A stretch of 64,000 bases of DNA from an uncultured Candidatus Saccharibacteria bacterium (GCA_964370865.1 CAYJKF010000003.1:86359-150358); one strand, 5' to 3'; positions 48,902-59,787 are shown, counted from the stretch's first letter. A program made the numbers and translations. Notes: a model not told the origin generated them from the sequence alone.

Positions 48902-50950
48902 GTGTTTCAATTACAGTCGACTTATAAACCAGCCGGAGGACAGCCAGACGCCATACAAAAGTTAATTGATGGTGTAAAAAAAGGTGACGATGAGCAGACG
49001 TTACTTGGAGTCACTGGTTCGGGTAAAACCTTCGTTGTTGCAAACTTAATTCAAGAGGTTCAGAAGCCAACTCTAATTATTTCTCATAATAAAACCTTAG
49101 CAGCTCAGTTATATCAAGAATTCAGAGACTTTTTTCCAAATAACGCTGTGGAATATTTTGTAAGTTACTACGACTACTATCAACCAGAAAGTTACCTACC
49201 GGCTACCGATACTTATATAGAAAAGGATTCAGACATAAACGAAGAAATTGATAGACTAAGACTTTCGACAACCGCATCGTTAATTACTCGAAAAGATGTA
49301 ATCGTAGTCGCGTCTGTGTCTTGTATTTATAACCTAGGTTCACCAATCGAATATATGAAACAGATTGTCGAACTAGCAAAAGGTATGAAAATACGTCTAC
49401 AAGATATCTTGCTTAGGCTAAATCAACTTTATTACGAAAGAAATGACATTGACTTTCAGAGAGGAAAATACCGTTTAAAAGGCGATACTTTAGACGTATA
49501 TCCTTCATATCAAAGTTATGCTATTCGCCTTGAACTTTTAGAAGATAGAATCACAAATATAAGTTATTTTGATCCGATATCTGGAGAAATACTTGAAAAG
49601 AATAATATTCCAAAAGATAAAAAATTATCAAAAGCACAAGAAGATTTTGTTAAGAATCAATTTGGATACGGCGACAAAGCAATAATCTATCCAGCTAAGC
49701 ACTACGTTGCACCGGAGGATATGCATGAACAAGCAATGTCCGAAATTCGCAGAGATTTAGAAATACGCCATAAGGATTTAAATGACGCAGATAAAAAAAT
49801 GGAAGCATACCGTTTATCTCAAAGAACTAACTATGATCTCGAAATGATAAAAGAGGTTGGATCATGTAAAGGAATAGAAAACTACTCCCGCTACTTTGAT
49901 GGAAGAAAAGAAGGGGAACCTCCACATTCATTAATGGAATTTTTCCCGAAAGACTATTTGCTTGTTGTTGATGAATCACACATAACAGTTCCACAAATAA
50001 GAGCAATGTATAACGGAGATAGAGCACGTAAACAAACTTTAGTTGATTATGGTTTTAGACTTCCATCCGCGCTTGATAATAGACCACTTAAATTTGATGA
50101 ATTCGAACGAAGAATGGGTCAAACAGTATACGCTTCCGCTACACCTACAGAATGGGAATTAGCTCGAAGTAAGCAGGTTGTCGAGCTTGTTGTAAGACCA
50201 ACTGGATTAATCGATCCTGAAATCGAAATACTTCCATCAAAAGGACAAATTCAAGACCTAGAAGCAAAGTGCAGAGAAGTTATAAGCAAAAAAGAGAGAG
50301 TATTAGTAACGACATTAACTAAACGAATGGCAGAGGACTTATCCGGTTACTTCGCAGATAAGGGATTTAAAGTCGCTTATCTCCACAGCGATATTGAGAC
50401 ACTCGAGAGATCAGATATCCTCGATAATTTAAGAAAAGGCGAATACGATATTTTAGTTGGAATTAACCTTCTCAGAGAAGGGTTAGACTTGCCAGAAGTA
50501 TCACTCGTCGCGATTTTGGATGCAGATAAAGAAGGATTCCTAAGGAGCCAAACCTCTTTAATTCAAACAATGGGTAGAGCAGCAAGGCACTTACAAGGAA
50601 AAGTTGTAATGTATGCGGATACAATTACCGGCTCCATGCAAAGGGCAATTGAGGAAGTAGGCAGAAGAAGAGAAATCCAAATTCAATACAACAAAGATAA
50701 CAATATAACACCAATTTCTATTCAAAAGCCTATTCGAGATAGGATTCTTGAAAAAATTATTGATATCGATGAATCCGAAAACATCGAAGAAATGGAAATT
50801 GAAAAATTCGAATTTCAAACTATGTCGCCTAAAAAACAGAAGGATATTATCAAAAAACTCGAGCTAAAAATGAAGACAGCAGCCGAACTTCTTGAATTCG
50901 AAACCGCCGCAAGACTTAGAGACAGGGTAAAAGAACTCAAAGCTAAGTAA
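48902..50950 (+). CDS. uvrB: Excinuclease ABC subunit B
   Basis: GVTGSGKT, FVSYYDYYQPE, DESH, GINLLREGLDLPEV and C-terminal FETAARLRD. Confidence 0.98.
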   Translation: MFQLQSTYKPAGGQPDAIQKLIDGVKKGDDEQTLLGVTGSGKTFVVANLIQEVQKPTLIISHNKTLAAQLYQEFRDFFPNNAVEYFVSYYDYYQPESYLPATDTYIEKDSDINEEIDRLRLSTTASLITRKDVIVVASVSCIYNLGSPIEYMKQIVELAKGMKIRLQDILLRLNQLYYERNDIDFQRGKYRLKGDTLDVYPSYQSYAIRLELLEDRITNISYFDPISGEILEKNNIPKDKKLSKAQEDFVKNQFGYGDKAIIYPAKHYVAPEDMHEQAMSEIRRDLEIRHKDLNDADKKMEAYRLSQRTNYDLEMIKEVGSCKGIENYSRYFDGRKEGEPPHSLMEFFPKDYLLVVDESHITVPQIRAMYNGDRARKQTLVDYGFRLPSALDNRPLKFDEFERRMGQTVYASATPTEWELARSKQVVELVVRPTGLIDPEIEILPSKGQIQDLEAKCREVISKKERVLVTTLTKRMAEDLSGYFADKGFKVAYLHSDIETLERSDILDNLRKGEYDILVGINLLREGLDLPEVSLVAILDADKEGFLRSQTSLIQTMGRAARHLQGKVVMYADTITGSMQRAIEEVGRRREIQIQYNKDNNITPISIQKPIRDRILEKIIDIDESENIEEMEIEKFEFQTMSPKKQKDIIKKLELKMKTAAELLEFETAARLRDRVKELKAK

Positions 50951-50989
50951 GCTTTATGAAAAATTCCTCCGTATGTTAGACTTATTTTA

Positions 50990-51646
50990 ATGTCCAGACG
51001 TAAATCATCGAATTCCAATGCTTATTTAATTCTTGCCTTAGCACTGATATTTGGTACTGGTTTTCTGTATTTTAATCAAATTTCCCCAAAAGTCTTATCG
51101 GATCATGACGAAATAATAGGATTTGATGAAGATACAATCAAAGGAACGCCAACACCAACCACTAGTGCAAGTCCCACTCCAACCGGAATAACAACACCAA
51201 TTCCAGAACCTACTTTCACTATTCCCGATGAACCAATTAGCGATGCAGATAAGGAACCAATAGATTTTTTTAATAGACCTTTTGAAGAATTATCCTCCTT
51301 ATATAAATCCGCATCTTCTACAGTAGCTTCACAATTTGGAATCAACTCAAGCGAAGAAATAAAATTAAAGAAAACGATGATCTTAACAGAAGTCAGATAT
51401 CAAAAAATGCTAGAACAAATAGGCACTACCATTAATCAAAATCGAGATAAATACACACCTGAAAAATTACAAACCCTATTAACTCAATATAATGATTTGA
51501 AAGTGAATCTTGATGGATTTGAAAAAGCTCTAGAAACGATTGAAAGTGGACAAGATTTAAATGCAACGGTAAATGGTATCAAAGGAAATTCCGAAGCAAT
51601 GAGAAAGCAAATCCAAGCTTTAATAAATAATTTAGGAGTAGAATAG
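50990..51646 (+). CDS. Membrane-anchored hypothetical protein with a PT linker and helical C terminus
   Basis: TM helix, TPTP linker and a coiled-coil-like tail. Confidence 0.75.
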   Translation: MSRRKSSNSNAYLILALALIFGTGFLYFNQISPKVLSDHDEIIGFDEDTIKGTPTPTTSASPTPTGITTPIPEPTFTIPDEPISDADKEPIDFFNRPFEELSSLYKSASSTVASQFGINSSEEIKLKKTMILTEVRYQKMLEQIGTTINQNRDKYTPEKLQTLLTQYNDLKVNLDGFEKALETIESGQDLNATVNGIKGNSEAMRKQIQALINNLGVE

Positions 51647-51647
51647 A

Positions 51648-52268
51648 ATGCCTGACGACTTACCAAACTTAAATATCGGTTCAGCAAGCCCAGATATTGT
51701 GCCTACTGACATTCCTTTAGCTGAAATTCCCGCTGATGTGAAGGTAGAGTCAAGTAACCCAATGCCACCAACCGACGAAAATCCTAATGCACAAAATGTA
51801 GGCGAGCTATTTGAAGATCGTCCATCATTTTTAGGAGACCAAGCAATCTTTGGTGGTCAAAATACAGAGCCCAAAAATCATAAAACCGCAAATTTCAATA
51901 AAACCTACGAGGCAAATGTACAAACCAATAAAAAAAGTCACATAAAGGAAATTATTATAATTGGATTAGGTATATTCATGCTTCTTATATCGGGTGGCAC
52001 CTACTTATTTCTAAATAAAGACAGGTACTTTGGGCCAAAGACTGTCCCCTCTGACCAACAAGTTGTTCCCAGTACAGACAACAATGAACCAAGTGGAAAA
52101 ATTGACTTTGGTGATGCTCAATTACCTGAAGATATAAACTCTGACACCTTTATTAGAAGCTTAGATCAAGTATCTCAGGAAAATAATGTGAGTCAGAAAA
52201 TCATTTTATTACAACAACTAGACATTCCATCAGTTAATGTTGAATTGATGAAAATTACTCTGCAGTAG
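51648..52268 (+). CDS. Single-TM hypothetical protein
   Basis: Acidic Pro-rich N terminus and central TM helix. Starts 1 nt after the upstream stop. Confidence 0.72.
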   Translation: MPDDLPNLNIGSASPDIVPTDIPLAEIPADVKVESSNPMPPTDENPNAQNVGELFEDRPSFLGDQAIFGGQNTEPKNHKTANFNKTYEANVQTNKKSHIKEIIIIGLGIFMLLISGGTYLFLNKDRYFGPKTVPSDQQVVPSTDNNEPSGKIDFGDAQLPEDINSDTFIRSLDQVSQENNVSQKIILLQQLDIPSVNVELMKITLQ

Positions 52269-52331
52269 GTCTTTTCTGTTAGTTATAGCTATCCACATAA
52301 AACCCGAAGATGTGTTAAAATTACCGTTTGT

Positions 52332-55253
52332 ATGAACGAATTCATAAAAGTTCACGGAGCTAACGAACACAACCTCAAAAACGTCAGTTTAGAAATTCCA
52401 AAGAATAAATTAGTGGTCTTTACAGGAGTATCTGGCTCAGGAAAATCATCTCTAGCAATGGATACAATCTTCGCTGAGGGCCAAAGAAGATATGTGGAAT
52501 CATTATCATCATATGCAAGACAGTTTTTAGGTGTTATGAAAAAACCTGCAGTTGAATCTATCGAAGGTTTATCTCCAGCTATCGCAATTGATCAAAAAAC
52601 TGTTTCTCACAATCCAAGATCAACTGTTGGAACCGTTACCGAAATATATGATTATATGAGATTATTATTCGCACGTATTGGACACCCACATTGTCCAAAT
52701 TGTGGCAGAGAAATTGAACATTTATCCGTTGATCAAATTGTAGGATTAATATGCAAATCTCATGAAAAATCAACCAAACAAACAAGAATAATGATTTTGT
52801 CACCTCTCGTTAAAGATAGAAAAGGTGAGTACAATCAGCTTTTTGGCAACCTAATCAAACAAGGTTACGCCAGAGTCAGGATAGATGGAAAAGTATATCA
52901 ACTAAAGGAAGACATTAATTTAATTAAGACCAATAAACATACAGTTGAAGTAATCGTAGATAGGCTTGTATTGACTACAGAAAAGATTGCAGATAAAGAA
53001 TTTATTTCTAGGTTATCTCAATCAGTAGAAACCGCACTTACGCTAGGCAATGGTTTTGTAATTTCAACTAAGGTAATGGATTCTGGTTTTGAATTTCCAG
53101 AGGCTCCTACAAAAATGCAAGACCACTTATATAGTGAAAGATTTGCTTGCCCAGTATGTAATATCTCTCTCCCAGAAATTGAACCCAGAAGTTTTTCTTT
53201 TAATTCTCCTCATGGTGCATGCGAAGTATGTACTGGCCTTGGAACAGAATTAAAAATAAATACAGAAACGATTATCGCAGATGAATTAAGTGTTCTTGAA
53301 GGTGGAATAATTCCTTGGGCATCTTTGGTTGAAAAAGATGGTTGGAATAGAGCTGTACTCGAAGCGCTATCTCGTACTCATGGAATTGATTTACGAGCCC
53401 CACTCAATAAATTAACCAAAGAAAAAATACAATTATTATTAAAAGGTACTGGCAGTCAAATTTACGATGTCTTTTATAAAGGTCGAACAGTTAATGGCAA
53501 ATTTGAAGGAGTTGTAACTAACCTAGAGAGAAGGTACAAAGATACTGATTCTGAATATATAAGACATGAAATAGAAAAATATATGATTAAGGAGCCATGT
53601 CCAAAATGTAAGGGAGACAGGTTAAGCGATAAGGCGTTAAGCGTAACCATACACGAGAGTAATATTGCTTATGTCTCGGCGCTTTCGGTTAAAGAATGTA
53701 AGGACTGGATTACTAATTTAGAGAAAATAAATGTATCTAAAAGGGAAATAGAAATTAGTACAGCCATCATAAGAGAAATAGAATCGAGATTAGAATTCTT
53801 AATTGACGTTGGACTATCGTATTTAACTATCTCAAGAGCTTCTGCCACACTTGCAGGAGGAGAAGCTCAGCGTATCCGACTTGCCTCACAAATCGGATCT
53901 AAATTATCCGGAGTCTTATATGTTTTAGATGAACCGTCTGTTGGATTACATACAAGAGATCATTCCAAATTAATTAAGACTCTAAAAGATTTGAGAGATT
54001 TGGGAAATACTGTGCTTGTAGTTGAACACGACGAGCAAACAATGCTCGAATCAGATTATATTTTTGATTTTGGACCTGGCGCAGGACATAAAGGTGGAAC
54101 TTTGGTTGCAAGTGGTACTCCCGAGGAATTAAAGAATAATGAAAAATCAATTACTGGTCCATATCTTTCTGGAAAAAAGAAAATTACCGCTGACAATTAT
54201 TTTTCTAAAGAAGATTTAAAGAAAATAAAAGAAATCGGCACCGTTGATGATAATACAAAATGGATTAAGCTAGTAGGAGCTTCAGGACATAATTTAAAAA
54301 ATATTGATGTCGATTTTCCTCTCAACAAATTAATTTCAGTTACCGGAGTTTCTGGATCAGGAAAATCTACACTTATAAACGAAACTTTATTAGCATTACT
54401 ACGAGAAGAAAAGGGTCTTAAAAATGACCATAAACCAGCAGATTGCAAGGGAATAATAGGAGCAGAATTAGTCGATAAAATTATTAGCATTGATCAAAAC
54501 CCAATTGGACGAACTCCAAGAAGTAATCCTGCAACTTATACTAAAGTTTTTGATGAAATAAGAGAGCTTTTCGCACAAAGTAAAACAGCTAAAATTAGAG
54601 GTTACAAAGCAGGTCGATTCTCATTTAATGTAAAAGGTGGACGTTGCGAAGCATGCCAAGGAGACGGCCAAAATAAAATTGAAATGCAATTTATGCCAGA
54701 TGTATATGTTGACTGCGAAGTCTGTGGAGGCAAACGTTATAATCGAGAAACCTTAGAAGTAGAATATAAAGATAAAACCGTCGCAGATGTTTTGGATTTA
54801 ACAGTAGACGACGCTCTAGCATTTTTTGAACATCACACAAAAATTCACGATAAGCTAATGACTCTTCATGACGTTGGACTAGGATATATAACTCTTGGAC
54901 AATCAGCCACTACTTTATCAGGAGGAGAAGCACAACGAGTCAAATTAGCCGCAGAACTATCTAAAAAAGGAACAGGAAAGACTTTCTACGTTTTAGACGA
55001 GCCAACCACAGGTTTACATTTTGCCGATTTAGAAAGATTAATTTCAATCATGAGAAGGCTTGTTCTAAAAGGCAATACAGTACTAGTAATAGAACATAAC
55101 CTCGATATCATTAAAAACTCAGACTGGATTATCGACCTTGGCCCAGATGGCGGTAAAGACGGCGGAGAAGTCATTTTTACAGGTTCCATAGCCGATTTAT
55201 TAAAAGATAAGAAATCATATACCGCAGATGCTGTTAGAAAATGGGTGGTGTAA
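52332..55253 (+). CDS. uvrA: Excinuclease ABC subunit A
   Basis: Two Walker A motifs GVSGSGKS, two L(A/S)GGEAQR signatures and CxxC zinc fingers. Confidence 0.98.
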   Translation: MNEFIKVHGANEHNLKNVSLEIPKNKLVVFTGVSGSGKSSLAMDTIFAEGQRRYVESLSSYARQFLGVMKKPAVESIEGLSPAIAIDQKTVSHNPRSTVGTVTEIYDYMRLLFARIGHPHCPNCGREIEHLSVDQIVGLICKSHEKSTKQTRIMILSPLVKDRKGEYNQLFGNLIKQGYARVRIDGKVYQLKEDINLIKTNKHTVEVIVDRLVLTTEKIADKEFISRLSQSVETALTLGNGFVISTKVMDSGFEFPEAPTKMQDHLYSERFACPVCNISLPEIEPRSFSFNSPHGACEVCTGLGTELKINTETIIADELSVLEGGIIPWASLVEKDGWNRAVLEALSRTHGIDLRAPLNKLTKEKIQLLLKGTGSQIYDVFYKGRTVNGKFEGVVTNLERRYKDTDSEYIRHEIEKYMIKEPCPKCKGDRLSDKALSVTIHESNIAYVSALSVKECKDWITNLEKINVSKREIEISTAIIREIESRLEFLIDVGLSYLTISRASATLAGGEAQRIRLASQIGSKLSGVLYVLDEPSVGLHTRDHSKLIKTLKDLRDLGNTVLVVEHDEQTMLESDYIFDFGPGAGHKGGTLVASGTPEELKNNEKSITGPYLSGKKKITADNYFSKEDLKKIKEIGTVDDNTKWIKLVGASGHNLKNIDVDFPLNKLISVTGVSGSGKSTLINETLLALLREEKGLKNDHKPADCKGIIGAELVDKIISIDQNPIGRTPRSNPATYTKVFDEIRELFAQSKTAKIRGYKAGRFSFNVKGGRCEACQGDGQNKIEMQFMPDVYVDCEVCGGKRYNRETLEVEYKDKTVADVLDLTVDDALAFFEHHTKIHDKLMTLHDVGLGYITLGQSATTLSGGEAQRVKLAAELSKKGTGKTFYVLDEPTTGLHFADLERLISIMRRLVLKGNTVLVIEHNLDIIKNSDWIIDLGPDGGKDGGEVIFTGSIADLLKDKKSYTADAVRKWVV

Positions 55254-55283
55254 CGCAAACCTCATAACTATAATTAAATAGCC

Positions 55284-55385
55284 TTGTATACCATTGACCT
55301 AATAGTATAATTATAGGACGTTCGCAACGCGCGAATCGGTTTTTCGCACATTAATAACATATCAACCAGAACAAGGAGATAGATC
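55284..55385 (+). promoter_or_regulatory. Promoter (TATAAT 55306-55311) plus leader hairpin TTCGC-AACGC-GCGAA, boxA-like GCACATTAATAA and SD AAGGAG
   Basis: Read directly. Hairpin at 55321..55335. Confidence 0.75.
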
Positions 55386-57500
55386 ATGAATACTCGACTA
55401 ACAGTGTTCGTTTTTGTGGCTGCAATCATCATGAGTAGCTTGCCATCTAATGCAAACGCTCAAGATGTGACCTCTGAAGAAGTTTGGACACCAATCTACG
55501 CAGAAGTTCCTCAGGTTGTTGAGTCAGCATCCTTGAACAGAAACGATTATGTTTGTTTCTGGGAAAAGGTTGTGGATGAGACAGTCCAAGAGGCCGATAC
55601 ATCGCAGTTTTTGGCAACAGTAGAAACGCCAACTGCGTACTCAGGAAATCGTGCTTTCAGACGTTTCGGTGACGAAACACCTTCTGGAACCACGACGAGA
55701 ATTAAACTGTCAGCTCAACTAGCAATCCCAGAAGCCGAGCTCGTTTTTATAAGAGCTTACTACCGTGGCATAGACGTTGGTCAGTACGACAACATCGTAG
55801 CTTCGGTGAAGGTGAATGGACAAGATTTACCAGGAAGCGCACCAGTACAGCTCACGCGTGGACCAGTCAGCAATGATTGGCAAAGATGGGAAGTTGTTTT
55901 ACCACAAGGATCTACAAGTGTGGATTTCGAACTTTTCGGGAACTATGTCGATGGAAACTCATACGACATAGACCAAGTCGGCATCGGCTGGTGTAAGACC
56001 GCCACCAATGCTGAACCAGAGATATTGCCACCAGGCGATATCCTTAGTATGTATGCACCAGTACTGCTATTTGGTGGGCAACTCCGAAACCACGGAACAA
56101 GTGCCATTGTGGCATTTGACCCAAGAGGGCTCAGAAGTTTTGAGTTACTCTGGGAAGCAGGAGAAGCTAGTAAGGTTTTGAACCGCCAATGGGGCTTGGG
56201 AGACAATCCCGCCGGTTGGCATTATGGAGGACTGAGACTCGGGGACAAGCTATGGATGGCGAAGGATAGTCTAGAATCATGGAGTTACGCAGGGAAGATC
56301 ACCAGCACTCGCTGTTTTTCCGAAGTAGGTTGTGCCAACCACATGAATGCGCTTCTTCAGAAGATTGCACAAATGGAGCGATCCGGTAACTCAAATCCAG
56401 ATAAACTGCAACATCTCAAGGACGTTGCGCTATGGATGGAGGGAAAGATCGGGTATTACACGGAAGTAGTTAAGCAGGGAAGACTTGCTTACTTGCAACA
56501 GCAGGTGAATTTGGTCTTTGAGGTTAGGGGAGCACAGTTGTCCGAATCCTACAGCAAAATGGGTAGGTATCAGTATATACTGGATGGTCGGATGCCTTGG
56601 AGTCAGCTAAGAGCTATAGAGATGCCAGCTGGCACAAGTCGCCAAATGTCCCTCAATATATGGAAGCAATTCGTCGCTTCGGGAGCCCCACGCATCACGA
56701 AGTTAGTAGTCGGTGATGTCGAGGAACAGATTTCCTTATGGACACGCTACACTGGTCAGTTGAGGAGCTATAATGTTCCAAGTCTAATTGCCGTAGGTGG
56801 AACAGCACTTACCGCGACGATGACATACGTTAGATCAGCAACTGCACTAGCAAATGAATATGCACTACCAGCAGTAGGTGCTGTCGTTGGTGGTGATGCG
56901 CTACTTGATACTCTGATGTACGTGGATTTAGATCCCAACGAAACCTCAATGAGTTGGGATGAATATCTAGTCTCCGAGAATCTTCTCGTGGCTGCACTCT
57001 CTGGCAGAGAATCCAGTTTGCCGATTGTGCAATCAATTATCGGCTACGAGAATTCGTCGCTACAAATCTGTATTCCACAAGAGAAGGAATTTCTTGTGAA
57101 CTACGATCTTCATGCCACTTCGTTCACACATCCTCAGGTGTGTTCATTCCAGTGGTGGAAGATTTCGGCAAAAGACGACAATGGTGTAACTATCTCCAAA
57201 GTTGGGACTGACATCCAACTTCCACTCTCACAAGAGCTAGGTGGCAGTACATACTCCATGGCATCGTTCGATCGAGATCACGGCATGATATTGGCTGACT
57301 TCTGGTTTGAACTAGTGAGGTTCGATTCCGCGCAAAACACTGCGACTATTGCAGTATCATTTGTCGGTTTTCGGACTTCGGAGGAGCTAGGGCTCTGTTA
57401 TGCCTGGCTACCGCCGGAAAAGTCTCAAGCCCTTGGGCGCGAACAATGTGCCAAAGGGGCGCAACAGGCGTACTTACCAGCAGTAAGTTCTGGCCGGTAA
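55386..57500 (+). CDS. Large secreted orphan protein, GC-richer than the background, with a C-terminal YLPAV motif
   Basis: Signal peptide ending ANA. N-terminal beta-sandwich-like region, a Gly/Ala-rich hydrophobic segment, and the ending AYLPAVSSGR. Confidence 0.85.
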   Translation: MNTRLTVFVFVAAIIMSSLPSNANAQDVTSEEVWTPIYAEVPQVVESASLNRNDYVCFWEKVVDETVQEADTSQFLATVETPTAYSGNRAFRRFGDETPSGTTTRIKLSAQLAIPEAELVFIRAYYRGIDVGQYDNIVASVKVNGQDLPGSAPVQLTRGPVSNDWQRWEVVLPQGSTSVDFELFGNYVDGNSYDIDQVGIGWCKTATNAEPEILPPGDILSMYAPVLLFGGQLRNHGTSAIVAFDPRGLRSFELLWEAGEASKVLNRQWGLGDNPAGWHYGGLRLGDKLWMAKDSLESWSYAGKITSTRCFSEVGCANHMNALLQKIAQMERSGNSNPDKLQHLKDVALWMEGKIGYYTEVVKQGRLAYLQQQVNLVFEVRGAQLSESYSKMGRYQYILDGRMPWSQLRAIEMPAGTSRQMSLNIWKQFVASGAPRITKLVVGDVEEQISLWTRYTGQLRSYNVPSLIAVGGTALTATMTYVRSATALANEYALPAVGAVVGGDALLDTLMYVDLDPNETSMSWDEYLVSENLLVAALSGRESSLPIVQSIIGYENSSLQICIPQEKEFLVNYDLHATSFTHPQVCSFQWWKISAKDDNGVTISKVGTDIQLPLSQELGGSTYSMASFDRDHGMILADFWFELVRFDSAQNTATIAVSFVGFRTSEELGLCYAWLPPEKSQALGREQCAKGAQQAYLPAVSSGR

Positions 57501-57503
57501 GGC

Positions 57504-57569
57504 AACAAAAGGCGTTATGCGAATTTTTGGATCTAATCCATTAAATCTCGTATAGCGCCTTGTTTTTTT
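57504..57569 (+). terminator. Long intrinsic terminator after 55386..57500
   Basis: AAGGCGTTATGCGA...TCGTATAGCGCCTT (G-U pairs valid on +), followed by a T-tract. Confidence 0.8.
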
Positions 57570-57997
57570 TATAGGGTAATTGATTCGTTATTAAAAAATA
57601 CCGATGCTTTATATTGAATATCTTCACCATCTTTTGGATCTGAATTTGCCTGAATAATCGCACTCACATTATCTTCAGTTAAATTAACATCAAATCTTTT
57701 TCTACTTGAATCAAAATACCAATATCCACCTTGGGTTTGCTTATCATCTAAACTCAATTGACCAGATACTTCATTTACAAATGAGCCACTAGGATTAAAT
57801 GTTAAATAATGCATAAGGTTACCGACAGTAAAACCATCCACAATAGAAGAAAGTTGTTCTAAAACTTCTATGTGAGCTTGAGAATTTTTGCCCTTTAGGG
57901 GACCCAATTTGGAATCTTTAAATCTCTTTAAAAAAGAAGTCGTTTCTTGTTCTAACTCGGCGATTCTTGAATCTTCTAAGACTGTAGGATTATTCAC
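57569..57997 (-). CDS. Hypothetical protein
   Basis: 142-aa ORF. TGATATAAT 6 nt before the GTG start. Confidence 0.65.
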   Translation of the reverse strand: MNNPTVLEDSRIAELEQETTSFLKRFKDSKLGPLKGKNSQAHIEVLEQLSSIVDGFTVGNLMHYLTFNPSGSFVNEVSGQLSLDDKQTQGGYWYFDSSRKRFDVNLTEDNVSAIIQANSDPKDGEDIQYKASVFFNNESITL

Positions 57998-58023
57998 GAT
58001 ATAATTATATCATTCACATAGCT

Positions 58024-59364
58024 ATGTTTGATATTTCGAATCTCCCCGAAAGCCCAGGGGTCTACATCTACAAAGATCACACTAAAAAAGTCCTATATGT
58101 AGGCAAAGCAGTTAATCTCAAAAACCGTGTTAAAAGCTATTTCCAAAATATCGAAGCTTTAAGCCCTAAAACACAGGCAATGATTAGCAAAATCGCTGAT
58201 ATAGAACATATAAACGTTGAAAATGAAATCGAAGCCTTGTTACTCGAAGCCGATTTAATCAAGAGATATAGACCGCCTTACAACATCACACTAAAGGACG
58301 ATAAATTTTATAAATACATCAAAATAGGAAAAAACAAATTACCAACTCCAGATGGAGAATCTAAAACAATTTCCAAAATAGTCACCTCACGTAAAAAAAC
58401 AAAAGAAGGCGAATATTTTGGTCCATATCCTGAATCAAACTCAATTCTAGTAATCACAAAAACCTTGAGAAAAATATTCCCATACAGAGATTGTTCAACT
58501 CAAAAATTCACCAGATATCAAAAAACAAAAAGACCTTGTTTATATGGACATCTTGGATTATGTCCTGCGCCATGCCAAGGAGGCGAAGCAATAACCGAAA
58601 ACAATATTAATATTAAAAAAATTCAAGAGTACCTTAGCGGAAAACGATCCCTAATGTTTAAGCAATTAGAACGAGAAATGAAAGAGCTATCCAAAAATCA
58701 TGAATATGAAAAGGCCGCAGTAATCCGGGATCAAATTAATAGTTATAACTACTTAACCCAAACTAAAAATAACGTAAATGAATATCTTAAAAACCCAGAC
58801 CTAATCCACAATAAAGGTTCAGATGCTGTTACTAAACTATTAACGGAACTGGAAAAATCATTCAAACTACAATTTACAAATACCGATACTGAAACATTTA
58901 GAATAGAAACTTATGATATATCGAACATGTCTGGTAAATCGGCAATTGGTGCTATGGCAGTTACAACTGGAGGCGTTCCAGATAAAAGCGAATACCGAAA
59001 ATTCCGAATAAAAACAAAAGACACACCAGATGACTTTTTTATGCTCCAAGAAATTCTAAAAAGAAGATTTAATAGAATAGGGGAGTCAGAGTGGGAATCG
59101 CCAGATTTAATAGTAATCGATGGAGGAAAAGGACAACTTTCATCAGCTATTGAAGCAATCGAATCAAAAGACATCAAAATTCCTATAATCTCACTCGCCA
59201 AAAAAGAAGAACTAATTTTTTACTATGACGGAAAGGAATTTCAATACATAAACCTAGATATAAATAATCCAGCTCTAAAACTAGTAATTATTGGTAGAGA
59301 CGAAGTCCATAGATTTGGAATTGCATACCATAGACAACTTCGAATGAAAAATCTGTATCAATAG
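58024..59364 (+). CDS. uvrC: Excinuclease ABC subunit C (no C-terminal HhH)
   Basis: PGVY..YVGKA..RV GIY-YIG domain, Cys cluster, YEKAAVIRD, YDISN and IDGGKGQL. Confidence 0.95.
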   Translation: MFDISNLPESPGVYIYKDHTKKVLYVGKAVNLKNRVKSYFQNIEALSPKTQAMISKIADIEHINVENEIEALLLEADLIKRYRPPYNITLKDDKFYKYIKIGKNKLPTPDGESKTISKIVTSRKKTKEGEYFGPYPESNSILVITKTLRKIFPYRDCSTQKFTRYQKTKRPCLYGHLGLCPAPCQGGEAITENNINIKKIQEYLSGKRSLMFKQLEREMKELSKNHEYEKAAVIRDQINSYNYLTQTKNNVNEYLKNPDLIHNKGSDAVTKLLTELEKSFKLQFTNTDTETFRIETYDISNMSGKSAIGAMAVTTGGVPDKSEYRKFRIKTKDTPDDFFMLQEILKRRFNRIGESEWESPDLIVIDGGKGQLSSAIEAIESKDIKIPIISLAKKEELIFYYDGKEFQYINLDINNPALKLVIIGRDEVHRFGIAYHRQLRMKNLYQ

Positions 59365-59380
59365 GATAAAATAAAAGAAC

Positions 59381-59782
59381 ATGATTAAAAAGATATTTCG
59401 ATCAGTCGTAAGCTACGCTATAGCAATGATATTTACATCATTCATTATTGATGGATTCGACCTCACTCTTGATACCGTAACAATATTATCCGCATCGGTT
59501 GTACTAATGCTGGTGCAATTCATACTAAAGCCGGTAATTAAACTAATCTCATTTCCGATTAACGCTGTTACGCTAGGTTTCTTCGAATTTCTAATAAATT
59601 CAATATTGCTCTATCTAACAGCCTTCCTAATTAATGGGTTAGAAATCGAAGCCGGAACACTAGATTTCGGTTATTTAGGTATAGTGATGCAACAAATCGA
59701 ATTATCCAAACTTGGCGTTCTTATTGCATCTGCGACTTCTATAAGTATAATTAATTGGCTATTAAGAGTAGTTCTTTTTTAA
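59381..59782 (+). CDS. Four-TM 'phage holin family' (YvlD-like) membrane protein
   Basis: LKPVIKLISFPINAVTLGFF..INS pattern. Housekeeping context. Confidence 0.8.
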   Translation: MIKKIFRSVVSYAIAMIFTSFIIDGFDLTLDTVTILSASVVLMLVQFILKPVIKLISFPINAVTLGFFEFLINSILLYLTAFLINGLEIEAGTLDFGYLGIVMQQIELSKLGVLIASATSISIINWLLRVVLF

Positions 59783-59787
59783 AAAAT

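Noticed and set aside
59381-59782. Holin-family gene as a sign of a prophage
   Set aside because: It sits in a uvrC-secG housekeeping context with no phage genes nearby.
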